The position numbers and the translations under genes were made by a program. From Callorhinchus milii (Eukaryota), in assembly GCF_018977255.1 (NCBI RefSeq), contig NW_024704742.1, positions 127,846,001 through 127,906,000 on the forward strand: a stretch of DNA of 60,000 bases, read 5' to 3'. Positions 27,161-40,809 of the stretch are shown here, piece after piece. The first letter of the stretch is position 1; every line of letters begins with the position of its first letter. The notes beneath the pieces were generated by a model, which worked only from the letters and a program-made list of their open reading frames with translations, did not search any database and had not been told where the DNA came from.

Positions 27161-27407
27161 ATGGATGGTAGGAAGACAAAAGAAGCTGCATGACATGGTA
27201 ACTTAACATGACATGCTTATGTGTTCTTATTACCATAAATTATAGATAACTCCTTCCTATCCCATTACATACCCTTCTAACATTGTGAAGCCATTGTCTG
27301 TATATGCATAAAGTGAGCCTGACCCCTTTGTTTTCTTTAATTGAGTGAATACAAACACCAATAGAAGTCAATTACCAAAACAAGTCAATCCAGAGCATGA
27401 TCTAGAC

Positions 27408-27760
27408 CAGTGGTTCTCAAACAAATTGCTTTGGTGGCCGTCAGTCACTGGTGGCTGCAGTGCAGCTTTTCGTAATCTATATTACATTCCCCCTTCTCAA
27501 GGCAGCTGACACGTGGGGAGAGATGGAGAGGGAGAGAGAGAACAAGCAGATGCCCGACCGGCCACTCATTCACCCTCACAGTGCTCCCTGGGAGCTGTAG
27601 ACCAGCCGCAATCCACACATTGGACCTCTGCAGTGGCCTTCAACGTGTGCTCAAACTACAAGGCCAGGCATGCGCTGTGCTCCACACAACAAATGCATAC
27701 TCTCCCTCTCCCCCGGGGGTGGGTGGGGGGAGGGATGGGATACTGTGGCCACACTGTGCG
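27408..27760. mobile_element. hAT/Charlie-type non-autonomous element, one terminus visible
   Basis: TCTAGAC followed by CAGTGGTTCTCAA (Charlie-type TIR after a TCTAGA-type target); other end not found. Confidence 0.5.
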
Positions 27761-28587
27761 CCAATATCCTCACAAACACCATTAAGTGAATGACCAATTT
27801 TATCGGGGTGATAGTTGGCCAGGACACCGGGAGAAGACTGTACACATCAACCAAGTGAAACCTGCCCAACCAAACCCTATCCAAGTAAACAAGGTAAAGA
27901 GGAAGGCAGTAATGGGATTCAACTCCATGAGGTTATGGTTATTGAAACTTCAAACTCCCAACATCCTACCCAACTTTTATTTAAGAAATAGATCAATGTT
28001 GTAATGAGAAGACGGATGAGTTGGTAAGTTAGTTTAAGTGTTTTAAATATAAATTGTATTCTGCTGGTATTCTGGAAGGATGAAATTGAATGGATTGAAA
28101 GGCCTTCTTCAGTCATAATCTTCCTAGTGATACTGACCATACCATCAAAGCTCCTGCATGCCCAAATCAGGGTAGCCTATCACTTTGCAATGTTGCACTA
28201 CATGCGATATGCTATATTAGGAGAGGGAATAAAATTACCCAGCAGATGAAATGACTTCATATCATCTGAATGATTGTTGGCGGGTTGCTAAACAGCATCA
28301 ACATGAGCAGGGAGGAGAGGAAAGAGTTCCAAAACACAGCTCCAATTACACCAATGAAAATAGAAAATAGAAAGGAAGAGCAGGGTGGTATTGAGGGTAA
28401 ATGAGTGCGGTTCAGGGCAGACCAGTCACGATGAAGAAACATTGATGTACCAATCATATCACTATGTGGTGCACATTAATATTAAGTATTAGTGCAGTTT
28501 GTGCCATAATAATATTTGACAAAATTAATGATGGAATATTGGAGATGAAACCAAGTGTGCGGTCCTTTCCTTTCACTGTCTGATGTT

Positions 28588-28912
28588 ATAATAATAATAA
28601 TAATCCTTGCATTTGATATAGTGCTTTTCACGTCGGGAGGACGTCCCAAAGCGCTTCACAGAACACACTGTAAAGTGAATTGACTGTATATTTATGGGCG
28701 AACGCGGCAGCCAATTGCGCACAGCAATGTCCCACAAACAGTCGTAGATTGAAAATTACCAATTTATTATTGTTTTGGGTTTTGGAGGGATTATTATTAG
28801 GCTCTGTGTGGAGTAAGGAAACTTGCCCAAGGTTTCGCCCTCTGCCTGGAATTGAACTCAGGTCTTTCGCTTGCAAAGCGAGTGCTCTAACCACTGGGCT
28901 ACAGGACTCCAC
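28588..28912 (-). mobile_element. SINE family A, short form, young
   Basis: Full head and tail; tail loop GACGTCCTCCCGACGT. Confidence 0.95.
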
Positions 28913-29152
28913 AGGACATGTTCCATCCCCGGCCTGCCCCATCATCGGCGGTTAGGCCTTCAGCCTTTCTGCCTCCACCCTTTGGAACCATCCCTTACTA
29001 CCTTCAAGACCCTCCCACCTCTACCCTCCCTGCCCATCAGCCCTCCTGATCCCAATCCTCAGCTCAGGTTCAAATCCCTAACTGTCCAGCACCATGGGAC
29101 GTCTTCCCAATGTGAAAGATGCTATACAAATGTAATTTTTTTTGTTGTTGAC
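28913..29152 (+). mobile_element. L2 3' fragment
   Basis: CCATCATCGGCGGTTAGGCCTTCAGC...TGGAAC; tail ATACAAATGTAATTTTTTTTGTTGTTG. Confidence 0.8.
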
Positions 29153-29640
29153 TTCTGATTTCCTTGGCAGCTTGATTAATATTGTTTCACCAGAACAAAA
29201 GAGAGATTCAGTTTCTGTGTGCGTTTGTATGTGTGTGTGTTTGAGGGGTGGGTGACGGTTGGGGGTGGTGTTGGAGGTGAGGGGGAGAGATTTATTTACA
29301 GCTCGAACAGAATGTATTCCTGTAATAGTGTAAGCAAAGTCTCTGATCCTTATTAAGCAAAGCAAATGCTACCGCAATTTACTGGCCAGAAATAGATTTT
29401 GCTACATAAAGAAGCTCTGCGATGGATTGCTGTTGTATAAGCAATGACCCTTTCACTAACACTGCCGTTGTACAGTCCCTCATTGCTGCATCAGGAAGCC
29501 CATTAGTAACTTAATGGGGTACAGTATTTTAATGTGTGTCAATCTTCTGCTCTCTTGAAATATCTGCCACTGTGGTCACAACTAATAAAACACTCAAACC
29601 AAACACACGCGTTCACACTCACCATGCAACCAATAGAGAT

Positions 29641-30490
29641 ACGACATTACATTTATACAGCGCCTTTCACGTCGGGAGGATGTCCCAAGGTGCTGGACAA
29701 TTAGTGTTTGGGACCCGAGCTAAGGGTCAGGAGCGGGGAGAGTGGAGGCGGGGGATGGGAAGGGGGGGGGGTGACCGAAGGCATGGTCGAAGAGGAGGCT
29801 CTTAGACGGGTCTGGAAGGAGGCAAGGGAGGGGGTGAGGCGGAGAGACTGTGGGATGGATTTCCAGACGGTGGGGACAGAGTGGCTTAAGGGTGGGGAGG
29901 GTGAAGCGGGGGACATGAAGCAGGCCGGAGCCCGCTGAGCATAGAGAGTGGGCAGGTTGGTAGGGGGTTACAACAACAACAACAACAAGATTCCATTTAT
30001 AAAGCGCCTTTCACGTCAGGAGGACGTCCCAAGGCGCTGCACAGTTGGGTCATGACCCGAGCAGGGGGGAAATGGTCAGGGTGAGGGGAGGGAGTGAGGA
30101 GGGGGGAAATGGTCAGGGTGAGGGGAGGGAAGGGAGGGAGCGAGGAGGGGGAAGAGAGTCGAGAGGGGAGCTGAAGGCTCGGTCAAAGAGAAGAAGGTTA
30201 GGAGGTTGCAGAGGGAGGGAGGAGCAAGGCCATGGAGCGCTTTGAAAGTGAGGACTAGGATCTTGAACTGTATCTGCGGTGTGATGGGAAGCCAGTGGAG
30301 TTGGGCGAGGATGGGAGTGATAGGATCACGGAGCCTGGTGCAGGAGAGGACACGGACTGCAGAGTTCTGGATGATTTGCAGCCTATGGAGGGAGAAGTTG
30401 GGGAGGCCAATAATCAACAACAACCAAAACAAAATTTCATTTGTATGGTGCCTTTCATGTTGGGAGGACGTCCCAAGGCGCAGGGAGTTT
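29641..30490 (-). mobile_element. Three stacked L2 3' fragments (29641-29968, 29969-30410, 30413-30490)
   Basis: Three tails; minus ORF contains LQIIQNSAVRVLS...ITPILAQLHWLPI...FKILVLTFKALHGLAP. Confidence 0.9.
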
Positions 30491-30869
30491 GCACAGATAC
30501 AATGATACGCTTTAAAAGGCATGGGCCAGATTATTATGAAGCACATCAACAGGATTTTATTCTGTTTGAGAGAGGGGTGGGGGTTTATTTTAAACTCCTC
30601 TGTCCCCTTCTTTTTTGGGTTACTCTGTCATTATGGATTCTATTCCAGTTCGGGTGGGGGAGGTTGAATGAATGTTGGCCGGTCACAAAACATACCTCTT
30701 TTGCTGGACTTTCAGTCACCTTTCCCCTCGTCATCCCCCTCAGTTCCCAACCCCAGTTCATCCAGCACTGTGAGGTGCTTTGAGACATTCTCCCAACATG
30801 AAAGGCATTGTATAAATGTAAATTGTATTGTATTGTAATTCCCTCCCACTGTGTTATAAACCTCAATGT

Positions 30870-31540
30870 CTATTTGGTAGGAACTGCATTTCAAGCTAGC
30901 CAAATCAGGCAATATTTATTCCATTTGTGGCAACCCTCTCCAGCCCCACCCCGTAAAACAACTGATTTCTGCGGTCTTCTTTCTAGTGGTCTGGTAGAAG
31001 GCATGTGGTCAACAAAAGCCACTTGAGTGCTGGTCAGCATTCAACGACCAATTCATGCAGTTTGGCTTTTAAGGTTCTGATCCTACAGAATGCTTGAAAG
31101 CCACAACAGCAGCCACAACATCGGCTTCATAAAGACATAACTGCACAATAGCCTTTCTCAATTGGTTTGTACCAGTGTCTCGGTTCTTGATAACAATGTG
31201 GTTCATTTGTTTTACATCAACCAGGTGTTTGAAACAGAGAAACCGATTTCCATCCTGAAGAATATCGAAATCAGCCAGCAAGTTCTACATATATGTGACA
31301 CCTAGATATGGAAATTTGCCTGGGATCTGGAATGTAATCTACACTCTCTCCCTGAAGGGAGACTCGGGGACCTCAACATGTGTGTTGGATTGATGCTAGA
31401 GTTTAATTAGAGATTTGCTGGAGTATAACTAGCTGAAACTACATAGCTTGCCATTTAAAGCACAAGTCTTCCACTGCTTGTCCAGATTGGACCATCCTAC
31501 TTACTAGACAATGTTTCATCCATTCCAGAGATCTCAATAG
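30870..31540 (+). mobile_element. Probable highly decayed DIRS-type retrotransposon fragment (RNase H region)
   Basis: Ordered, frameshifted motif remnants: FYINQ (~YINxQGG), LPGIWNV (~HxPGxxN), IACHLKHK (~FASxxNxK). Confidence 0.45.
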
Positions 31541-32693
31541 ACCTCATAACCTGACAGGCTCACTTTATAATTGCAAATATACAGTTAATTCACTTTACAG
31601 CATATTCTGTGAAGCGCTTTAAGGCATCTAGAAGATGTGATAAGGCAATAGATCAAATGCAAGGATTATTATTATTATGTTCTAACCCAGCCATTCAGCC
31701 CATTCAAGCCTATTCTGGTGCTATCTCCTCCACTTAAGTTATAGAGTATACTCTCATCCAAATCATCTGTTTGTTTTCTACACTCTTATGTAGTTTCTCT
31801 TTAAATAACATATGCAGGGTTTGTGTCTCTAGTTCAATTGCCGGACTTGATCAGTCTGCCCTGTCGCAACCAAACTCCTTTTAAGTGTGTCCCATTTTGA
31901 AATCGCTGACACAATCACTGTCTATAAACTTCCTGCTTACTTCTCAGGAAATAAAAATTGAGCTTTCATATTTATCAAACCTTTGCTGTGGGGCTGGAGG
32001 GAGGGGTCATACAATGGTTTGCACAAACAACTCACCCCTCCCTCCCTCCCTCCCTCTGTGCTTGAAAGCAACATGCCAAACAACTCACTCAAAGTAAGGA
32101 GATTTAGCACTTTTTTTTAAAAAAAGAAGAGAACATGCTCTGCCCATGGAAAGATGTCACGCTCCTGTCCATCGAACACGCCTGCTGGCCCAGCAGAGCA
32201 GTTTAGAGGTTTAAAAGCCTGCTGGAAGGAGTTCAAAGACCATTTTCTCACTTTCCTAACCTCAAAGCTTCTGTTTGACGTTCAGTATTAAGCAGGCAGG
32301 ATGTACTGAAGCTGCATGAGGAGGAAAAACACATCACACATGCTAGAGGTGTATCTGCAACACAGCTTGATGCAGTTAGTGCAAATGCCACTGATAGTCC
32401 TCGGTCCTGTTCTTATGCTATAACAGAACTACAATACAATTCTAGATTCATAAATAAAACACTTTTAACAAATTTCTTAAACTCTCGTGGAATATATTTT
32501 CAAAAAGCCGAAAGGCCTTCTTCATCTGACCTAATCTTGTGATCTAATTATTCACAGTACTTTATCATTACCATAGTAAAACAACAACTTCAACCACAAC
32601 TTGCATTAATACAGTGGCCTTCATGCAGGTTAGCTTCTCGAAGTGACTTTTTTTTCACACGATAATCAACTACAGATCGGCTTTCTGGGGGGT

Positions 32694-32798
32694 AGTGACA
32701 CAGCACACACAATCACAACACATACAGTGACATAGCACATACAGCGACACAGCATATACAATGCCATACAGTGGCACATAGTGATAGGGCACATGCAG
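32694..32798. repeat. Degenerate ~18-bp minisatellite (CAGTGACACAGCACATA-like)
   Basis: About 5 imperfect units visible. Confidence 0.7.
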
Positions 32799-32935
32799 TA
32801 GGATTGTGGAGGTATTTCTTTCAGTCAGCTACTTCCCGCTCACTTTGAAACACAGAGAGTAAAGCAAGCCTATAATCTATGAGAAATGGGAACTCAGCTT
32901 TAATCTTCTCTCCCACATGGGGAGGGAAATCATTT

Positions 32936-33420
32936 TGTGCCAAGTGGAGCCATTGATGTATTGACCGCCTGCCTGGCAGACGTCAAGTTGTGGATGAGCC
33001 TCAATTTCCTTCATCTTAACACGGACGAAACAAAAGCCATCCTAATCGGCTTCCAACAACATCCTCTGCCTCTGGCTCTGATCACCTCAACCTTTCTGAA
33101 AACCTTTTCACCACATCACCTGTCTACGTTCTCATCTCACTCCCAGTACAGTTGAAATCTTTATCCAGTCCTTTGTCACTTCCAGACTTGCCTTCCGCAA
33201 TGCTCTCCTCGACAATCTGCCCAGCTCTAACACCCACTAGTCTCAATTCATCCTTTCCTCACCTTGCTCCACTGGCTCCCTGTCTCTCAGCAGAACACCT
33301 TCAAAATCCTTACACTCAACTGAGCCATCAGCCACTGTGGCTCTAACCTCTGGGACTCCTTCCCTAAATCCCTCCACCTTGCCCCCTGAAAACCTGCCTC
33401 TTCGATCATGCCTACAGCAA
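32936..33420 (+). mobile_element. Old internally deleted L2 ORF2 fragment
   Basis: CLADVKLWMSLNFLHLNTDETKAILIG resembles the L2 CLxDIxxWMxxNFLxLNxxKTE motif; later CTCCACTGGCTCCC. Confidence 0.8.
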
Positions 33421-33959
33421 AACGGTGGTAAAACAAGAGGACATAGGTTTGGAGTTGCAAAGGACAATTTCAGGACATGAACCAGGAATGTTTTTTGTTT
33501 AAGCGCTCCAAGACGTTACCCTGAATGATGGGAGCTATATAAATGCAAGTTGTTGATGTTGTTGCAATCACCTCCCACCTCCCCCATCTCTTCTACCAAT
33601 GTTCAGCACCACCACTGCAAAGCGCTTTGAGACATTTCCCTATTGAAAAAAAACCTAGGTCAACGCAAGTTATTGTTGATTCCGCTTCCTTTTCATTAGC
33701 AATGAGCTGAGTCAGCTAGCAGTTGATCAGACAGTAAAGAAGGGCATAATTTCTCCTCCTTCAGAGCAGAGATCAATATATCAACCTGGTGTGATACTCC
33801 GCTGCCTGAGGAAATCAATGTCTGCTCCGGATTTGAAGCCTTCTTACTCTTCAAGCAATGGCTCAGCTCAGCTTAGTACCTGACTGTGGCACAAAGTCTC
33901 ACGAGCTCGTGGAAAGGGTTGTTGATCCCTCCATTAAATTACTTCTCAGCTATCTTGGA

Positions 33960-34215
33960 TGTTAGTTTAAACCAAGATGTCATTTGCCTGCTCAGTGGAC
34001 GTTAAAGATCCCAGTGCACTATTCGAAAAGAGAAGGGAGTTTCTCCTGGTGTCGTGGCTGACAGTCCCCTGGATGAAGTTGGTCATTCACTTCAAGGCTG
34101 TCGTGGGACATTGTTGTGTGCAAATTGGCTCCTGCGTTTCTCTACAAATACACAGTCACTGCACTTGACAGCGATTATTTGCGAACTTTGATGTTATAGG
34201 CACTGTATCAAAAAT
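33960..34215 (+). mobile_element. SINE family B, 3' part
   Basis: GTGGACGTTAAAGATCCC...GGGAGTTTCTCCTGGTG...GTGCAAATTGGCT. Confidence 0.8.
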
Positions 34216-35850
34216 GAGAATCTCTGCGTTCGACTGTGCGCTCAGTAGTCTTATCTGTACGTACCCCACCACTCGCAATCCTGATCACTGCCAACTATCC
34301 GCCTTGCTTATTTTTAAAGGTGTTAACTGATGCAGCATTAACTGCCTTTGCAGCAAATGTACACTGCATGCCCACTATGTGGGAGAGGGGAGGGGGCAGC
34401 AGATAAACATCCCTTTGAATATAACCCACGCAGTTCCCGTTCTCTCAATTTCCTGTCCCCCCACCCCCTTCCCACCCTCAGGCTCCTCTCCCCTCCACTC
34501 CATGCTATGGTTGAATCCAACATATCAGCCCAACACTGCGATATGGTCAACAAACCATCCCCAAAAAATCAAGCACAGCTGTTCTCTGGAGACCTTCCAA
34601 CCAGTCAATTTGCAGGGCGCAAATGAGCTGACACTGAATGTCACATTATGCTCCAACGTCTGCGGCATTAAGGAAAGGTCATGTCAACCATCATTATTAG
34701 TATATCACGAGGATATGATCCAATTTACTATCAATACACACTGCCGACGTGCAGAGAAGGAGGGGGTAGAGGACACCCTCCCCCACCTCTCTGCCCCCGG
34801 AACCAAGTAACAACACTACGTGATTGGAAAAATAATTTGTTACAATACCTCTCACACTTGCCTATTGAAACCACCTCAATGCTGCACGTCGAAGGCCAGC
34901 TTTTGATACCAGTCAGCCTTACACGACCCATTCTGAGGGTAATGCTACGTGGTATTCTCCATTTAAATACATGCAGCGCTGACACATGCTGCTTCGAGTA
35001 ACTATACCTTGATTGAGCCACGACAGTTTTAGCTACAGGCCTGGTGCTGTTTGCTATCAATAGTATCGTGCTGAGACTTGAGTAAGCGATGGGTCTGCTC
35101 TCTGCCTGCTGTTCAGTTTAGGGATCAGGGTCTCCGCTGGCGGGAAATTTGGTCTGTAAATCTGGGGATTTTTATTTATGTTTTGGGGTTTTTTTTTTTG
35201 CCCGGAGCAAAGTTGATAATGCACAGGCACAGCCGTTGCCGTGTTTATGGCTGCCATCCATCAGCATCACTGTGATTAGGTCCCACCATTGCATGTTCCC
35301 TCTGTGTCACACAGTAGCTGCTAGGAGTGTTGGCGTGGCGCAAGATTCCTTTTTCCTGCCACTGCAGCTCCTGTTGGCACCGGTTCAGGTTTTTGTCTCT
35401 CCAGCTCCTTCTCTCATCAATCCTCCTCTCCGGCTCCTCTGTCCCCAACGCTTTATTGTTTTTTTGCATTTACAGGGTGGCTGTGCCTTTGGCGAAGTGA
35501 GACAGTGAGTGGTGGTGGGAGGAAATGAAAAACACTGCAGCACTTCAAATCATTCAAGATTTCTGCTATGTTGGGAGCTTAATTTTTCACTTGGTTTAAT
35601 AGTCAAAGCTGTACATTAAAAACTCCACTGACAATGTACCTACCTACTCATGGCTATTTTACAAAGATTGCATTATACCAATCTGATGCGCTAAAAGTCA
35701 CTTGAACAAGGTGAACACAGGATAAAAAAAAATCTTTCAAGGTCATCTCTTGAGGACTTCTATGTATGTGCCATTTGTTCAGCAGCTGTCATATTTTACT
35801 GTCCTACTGTCTTTCTCTTTCTCTCTCTCTCTTTCTCCCCCCACTGCCCT

Positions 35851-35879
35851 CCCCGCCCCCTACTCACCAGAGCCAATCG
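35851..35879. promoter_or_regulatory. Adjacent GC box and CCAAT box in a repeat-free island (candidate promoter)
   Basis: CCCCGCCCCC at 35851-35860 and AGCCAATCG at 35871-35879; a minus-strand CTG/GTGAGT donor-like site lies between them. Confidence 0.4.
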
Positions 35880-38255
35880 CAAGCTAAAAATGACGAAATG
35901 GCATTACAAGCTATTGTTATCTGCCCAGCCTCTCTTCCAGTCCAGCAAAGAGCTCAAGCACAAACACCACAGCAGACATGTTCCTCTGCGTGACTGGCAT
36001 TTCAAAATAAAATCAACGTATTTCCACTTGTGACTTGCCCGCTGTCCTCCACCACCCCACCTCTCTCCTCCTTCCCCTCTGTCCACCCCCATCCCTCTCG
36101 AATACACATACAAAGAAAGGGCAGAGCAACGGAGGTTTAAAGAGACCCACAGGAGGCAACACTGACTGTGGCAAGTGGAAAACATTAGAGCAAAACATAA
36201 CCTTTGCTCGAAAACCACCATTGCATTTGCGCGTAGGCCAAGTCTGGCCTTCGTGGCTTCGGTGAAAGGAAACCTGAGGGAGGGGGGACACAATCTTACC
36301 ACATAAAAGAGCCTGAGCAATCCAACTTTCGACAAGCAACAAGACGCCAAATAAACCACTTCTTACACATCCGAATGAGCACACGAAAGGGAAAAAGTTC
36401 TGTCGCATCTGCACACTTACTGAATGAAAGCTTCAGGATGCTCCTCACCCCTCACCCCCCACTCCATATAAAACCTCGGCATTCATTCATTTTCGTATCT
36501 CCAACCCAAATCCAGCTTAAAATATTATGTGACGGGATTTACACCGTGAGAGTAACAAGACTCCAGGAAAGTCGCTGCTGCTCAATTCACATTTCTTTTT
36601 CATCCGAGCTGTAATGTTGCCACTGTGCACAGAGCACAGAATGTTGTCACAGAATGGCACGAGTACAAATATACCCCTCTTCCTCTCTTTCTCTCTCCCC
36701 CCCACCCCCAAACCCTCCTCCACCACCACCCACCCACCTATGCCACCTTGCTGGATAATCGTCTTTCTGTGAGAAGTGTACACAGATCAGATTAGATCGG
36801 AAACACAGATCACACCAACAAACTAAAGTGAGGAGGTTGCACTCTTTAATGAAGTGGTGGCCTGAAGACGCACCCCCAGGGCACTCGCCTGCGCAAGGGG
36901 TGCACTATAAATGCAAGTTGTTGTTGTTTTTGTGGCCTGAATAGTGAATGAGCATCGGATCAGGCAAAGCAAGTAGAAGTTTAACTTCTGTGGGCCACTT
37001 GAGGCTCCAGCCCAGGGTCCCACAAAATGTTGTTGTGCCAATTCCCATACTCTGGGCTTGGCTGGGAAACTAGGAGAGGTGCGTAAACCTGTCTCACTCC
37101 TAACGAGAGAGAAAGAAATGCATGAATAGGCTACAATTTCAAGGAACAACACATCATGTATGAAGCTTTGTTTCACATAAAAGGCTGTGAGAATGTGAAA
37201 TGTACTTCCCCTGAAGGTTGTAAAGCCAATATCAAAGGGGAGTTAGATAGTTGGGAAGTAAAGCTATTGAGGGTTAAGGAAACATTCGAAAAATGGGATT
37301 AAAAAATCAACCACAACCTATTGAACAGGTGGAATGGGCTGAATGACCTCATCCATTTCTTATGTTCTCACTTCCTACACAAGATGGAGGTCAGCAAATA
37401 AGATTAACTCTGTTAATACTCGAAGCAAGGACTCAACTTGTTAGTGATCCTGACTCAAATTTCCATACAGTTTCCTGTGTTATACTGCTGTTCTTCAGAA
37501 GGAAAATGGTGCCCAGAGCCAAACAAGAGAAAAATGGCAAGAAAACAATGCTTTGATAAAATTCTATCCTTTCAGATACTGTCAGAAACACCAGCAAGCT
37601 GGGTGTATTAATATCAATTAATAATATTTTTGTCACTCTGGCGATAAATTGTCTCGGATTAATTTTTGCTACCAGAAAAAAACAGGGTTTGCTTCAATGA
37701 TTAATCCAATAATAACGTCCCTCTTGTACTGGAGAACTGAAAAGAGGCAAGTTGATAAGAAAGCAAGTCTTCAATCAGCTGGGAATCCTCCATTTGCTTG
37801 GAAAGAACATGACAAGTCTATTATTACTGTTCCATTAGCATTGCTGCTGCAATTGTATTTGCTTTCCTCTGAAGCTTACAAAATAGTAGTGGAGAATTCA
37901 TCATTGACACACCAACAAGTACAGAAAAGAAGAGCAACCAACACTTTAGAGGCATTAAAACTCATGAGATTTCCACGGGCGAATCTGAACACACAGCATC
38001 ATTCAAACTGTATATCATGCAGATTTCAAACTGCAGATCTCATGCAATGCACCAAGCTGATGCCCATTCAATAAAGCTGTGTGTGCCTTACTTAAACATT
38101 GTGAACAATATTACTGAGTCAACGTTACTATAACCTGGTGCGGAATTATATTGTAAATTATGACTTCAATCAGCTTACTTAAAAAGGTAAGTTTTACACT
38201 CAAATATTAATATTGTTTGCTATATTAATGCTTTTTAATGTTGAACCTTTTTTAA

Positions 38256-38455
38256 ACAAAAATGGCCAAGTTCAAGGTCGCCAGGTTGCTACTGATATCA
38301 CTTCCTGCGTGAGATCAGCAACACTTCCTGTGTGTCATGCGCATGTACGGTGCACAGGAAGTTACATGACTGTTGCTTCTTGCACATTGCGCTTGTGCAG
38401 TGAGCAGAAAGTGACATTGTGGAATTTCACCGACTTGGAAGTCGGCCATTTTTGT
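38256..38455. mobile_element. Palindromic MITE-like element
   Basis: Inverted ends 38257-38280 and 38431-38454 (20/24 match); inner ACTTCCTGTG/CACAGGAAGT inverted pair. Confidence 0.6.
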
Positions 38456-39071
38456 CATTGAGAAACCCCCCCCAATAAAAAGCATTTTTTTCAACGAAAA
38501 TATACTGACGGAATATCGTGAAAAAAAGACGGATATTGATGTTTATCGATTTTTAGTGAAGCCAGGCAAGCCCAGATACGAAGAAGCACCATGTAGTAAT
38601 ACAAACCTCTTCGAGTCCTAAGGCCTTAAATGCATTATGGGTACATTAAGAGAATTATGGGTTAAATAGAAGAGAGTTTAGAAGCTGTTAGAAGTAACTC
38701 AGAAACTGTTCACAAATCAGGCTTGTAACATACAAGGCAATCAACATGTCAAGCTGTGATAAGATACCAAGCTGGTTATTGTAATATCATGATACTGTAA
38801 AAAGATCTGTATGATAAAGACATTGCAAATCCCATTAACAAAAATGCTAAACTACTCATATTGTTGTTTAACATTGAAGATTGGGCCACTGTTATCAACA
38901 CAGTTGTGCAGAACAACAACAACAACAACATTACATTTGTATAGCGCCTTTCACTTCGGGAGGACGTCCCAAGGCGCTGAAAATGTCCTCATCTCATGAT
39001 AGATAAATTAAACGACAAATACCATTTTCTCAGAGTTACCATTCGTGATCTCAGTAGATAATAATAATCTT

Positions 39072-39332
39072 TAATAATCCTTGCATTTGATATAGCACCT
39101 TATCGCGTCTTCAAGATGTCTCAAAAGCGCTTGACAGAATATACTGTAACGTGAATTGACTGTATATTTTGAGGCAAAACGCGGCAGTGAATTGCGCACA
39201 GCAGTGTCCCACAAACAGCCATGAATTGCGTGACCAAACTATTATTTTCTTCTTTTAAGGGATTATTATCCCTGGAAAAGCGATCCGCCAATCAACTAAC
39301 AACCAGGTTCCTACTTACTGCTAGATAAATAG
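39072..39332 (-). mobile_element. SINE family A, long form, head missing
   Basis: Tail, body and long internal segment are present. Confidence 0.88.
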
Positions 39333-40106
39333 ATGTGACCACAGAGGCAGTCTGACAGTTAGAGGCATTCCTGTTTATGTCAGTAGGTTGCAATTTCAAA
39401 GCCAACATCAAGATTTGGGATTATAGGATAGACTAGCATTCCAGTGCAGTCGGGGAAGGGGTTGTGTTGGACATATCATCCTTCAAATGAGATGTTAACC
39501 TCAGGTCCCACCTGCTTGTTCTTCAGCTGAACATTAAGGACTCCCACATGAAACTTTTGGAAAAAAAAGTTTCTCACAGTGTTTAATTGCTTTCATTCGA
39601 TGATTCCATAAGATTTTGTGTTTAGGATGCTAGTGACATCCAGCGGCAGCTCATCAGTGTTCATCAAGTTAGTTTGGATGAAGAAGGCCCTTTGGGCCAT
39701 TTGGTCCCATCCTTCCAAAATACTCGCCCTCCATTCACCTAATACAGTATCAAGCTTTTTTTAAAAATGAGTCCAGTGTCGTGGTTTCAACCATTCTTCG
39801 TGCCAACCTGTTCCAATTGTCAATTACCCTCTGCGTAAAGTTCTGCTCCAACTTTCAATTTGAAAGCGAATATTTTAAGCAATGATTTGCAAGCAAACTA
39901 AACCCTTAGTTCTGTCAAAAGGGAAACAATTCTCACAATGACCCCAACGTTCAGGATATAGCGAGTGATATAGAGAATGAGAATCTCGTGCACGTTAGAC
40001 TCTGACATGGCCTCAAATGTAGCTCAACCGTATCTAATAATGGGGATTGTGCATAACAGACAAGGAGGCCTGCAAGCTGTGGTCTCATCAACAGCTGCCC
40101 AAACAC

Positions 40107-40109
<3 letters not shown>

Positions 40110-40137
<28 letters not shown>
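40110..40137. repeat. (TA)n microsatellite
   Basis: About 14 TA units. Confidence 0.95.
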
Positions 40138-40140
<3 letters not shown>

Positions 40141-40809
40141 TCCCTCACCATACACCAGCTATCACTGAAAGTCAATCACACACTTAACATCCTCAAAGAT
40201 CAATTGAGCTGCAATTCACAAGAACGTATCTGTACCAGTTATCAAAGGATCAACCAAATTCCATGCATGGAAAATTTATTTTGGTCATTACCCATCTGAA
40301 ATAATCTGCAGACTCACACATTAAATGGTACTCAACTGTTTATGTGCCTTTGAACGAAATGTATTTGCCTACAATGCAAAAGCTCTTTTCTGCAGAAAAG
40401 CAGAAGCAATTGAACTCTACGGAGATTGCATCTTAAGTGATTAATATAAAAATTAGTACATAGTATTAGAACTTGTTTATCTGAAAACCTCGGATTGCAA
40501 TCCAGGCACACCAGCAGGTTTAGCATTGTGGCAAAATTAGCAAAGATGACCAAACTCCACAGATAGGCATCTCCAAACACCTGACTAGTTAATTATCTCC
40601 ATATATGTTCATAAAACAAGCCAAAGAAACAGTTGATGGGCCCTCAATGGCCTATCAAGTTTAAATTGTAAGTAGCTGAACCAACAAAAACAACTTGCAT
40701 TTATATAGCGCCCTTCATGTGAAGTAGCGTCCCGGAGCGCTTAAAACAATGTAATATAGAAAGGCTCCAGATTCAATCCCTCTAGTGTGCACGGTTAGGT
40801 AGTATGGTA

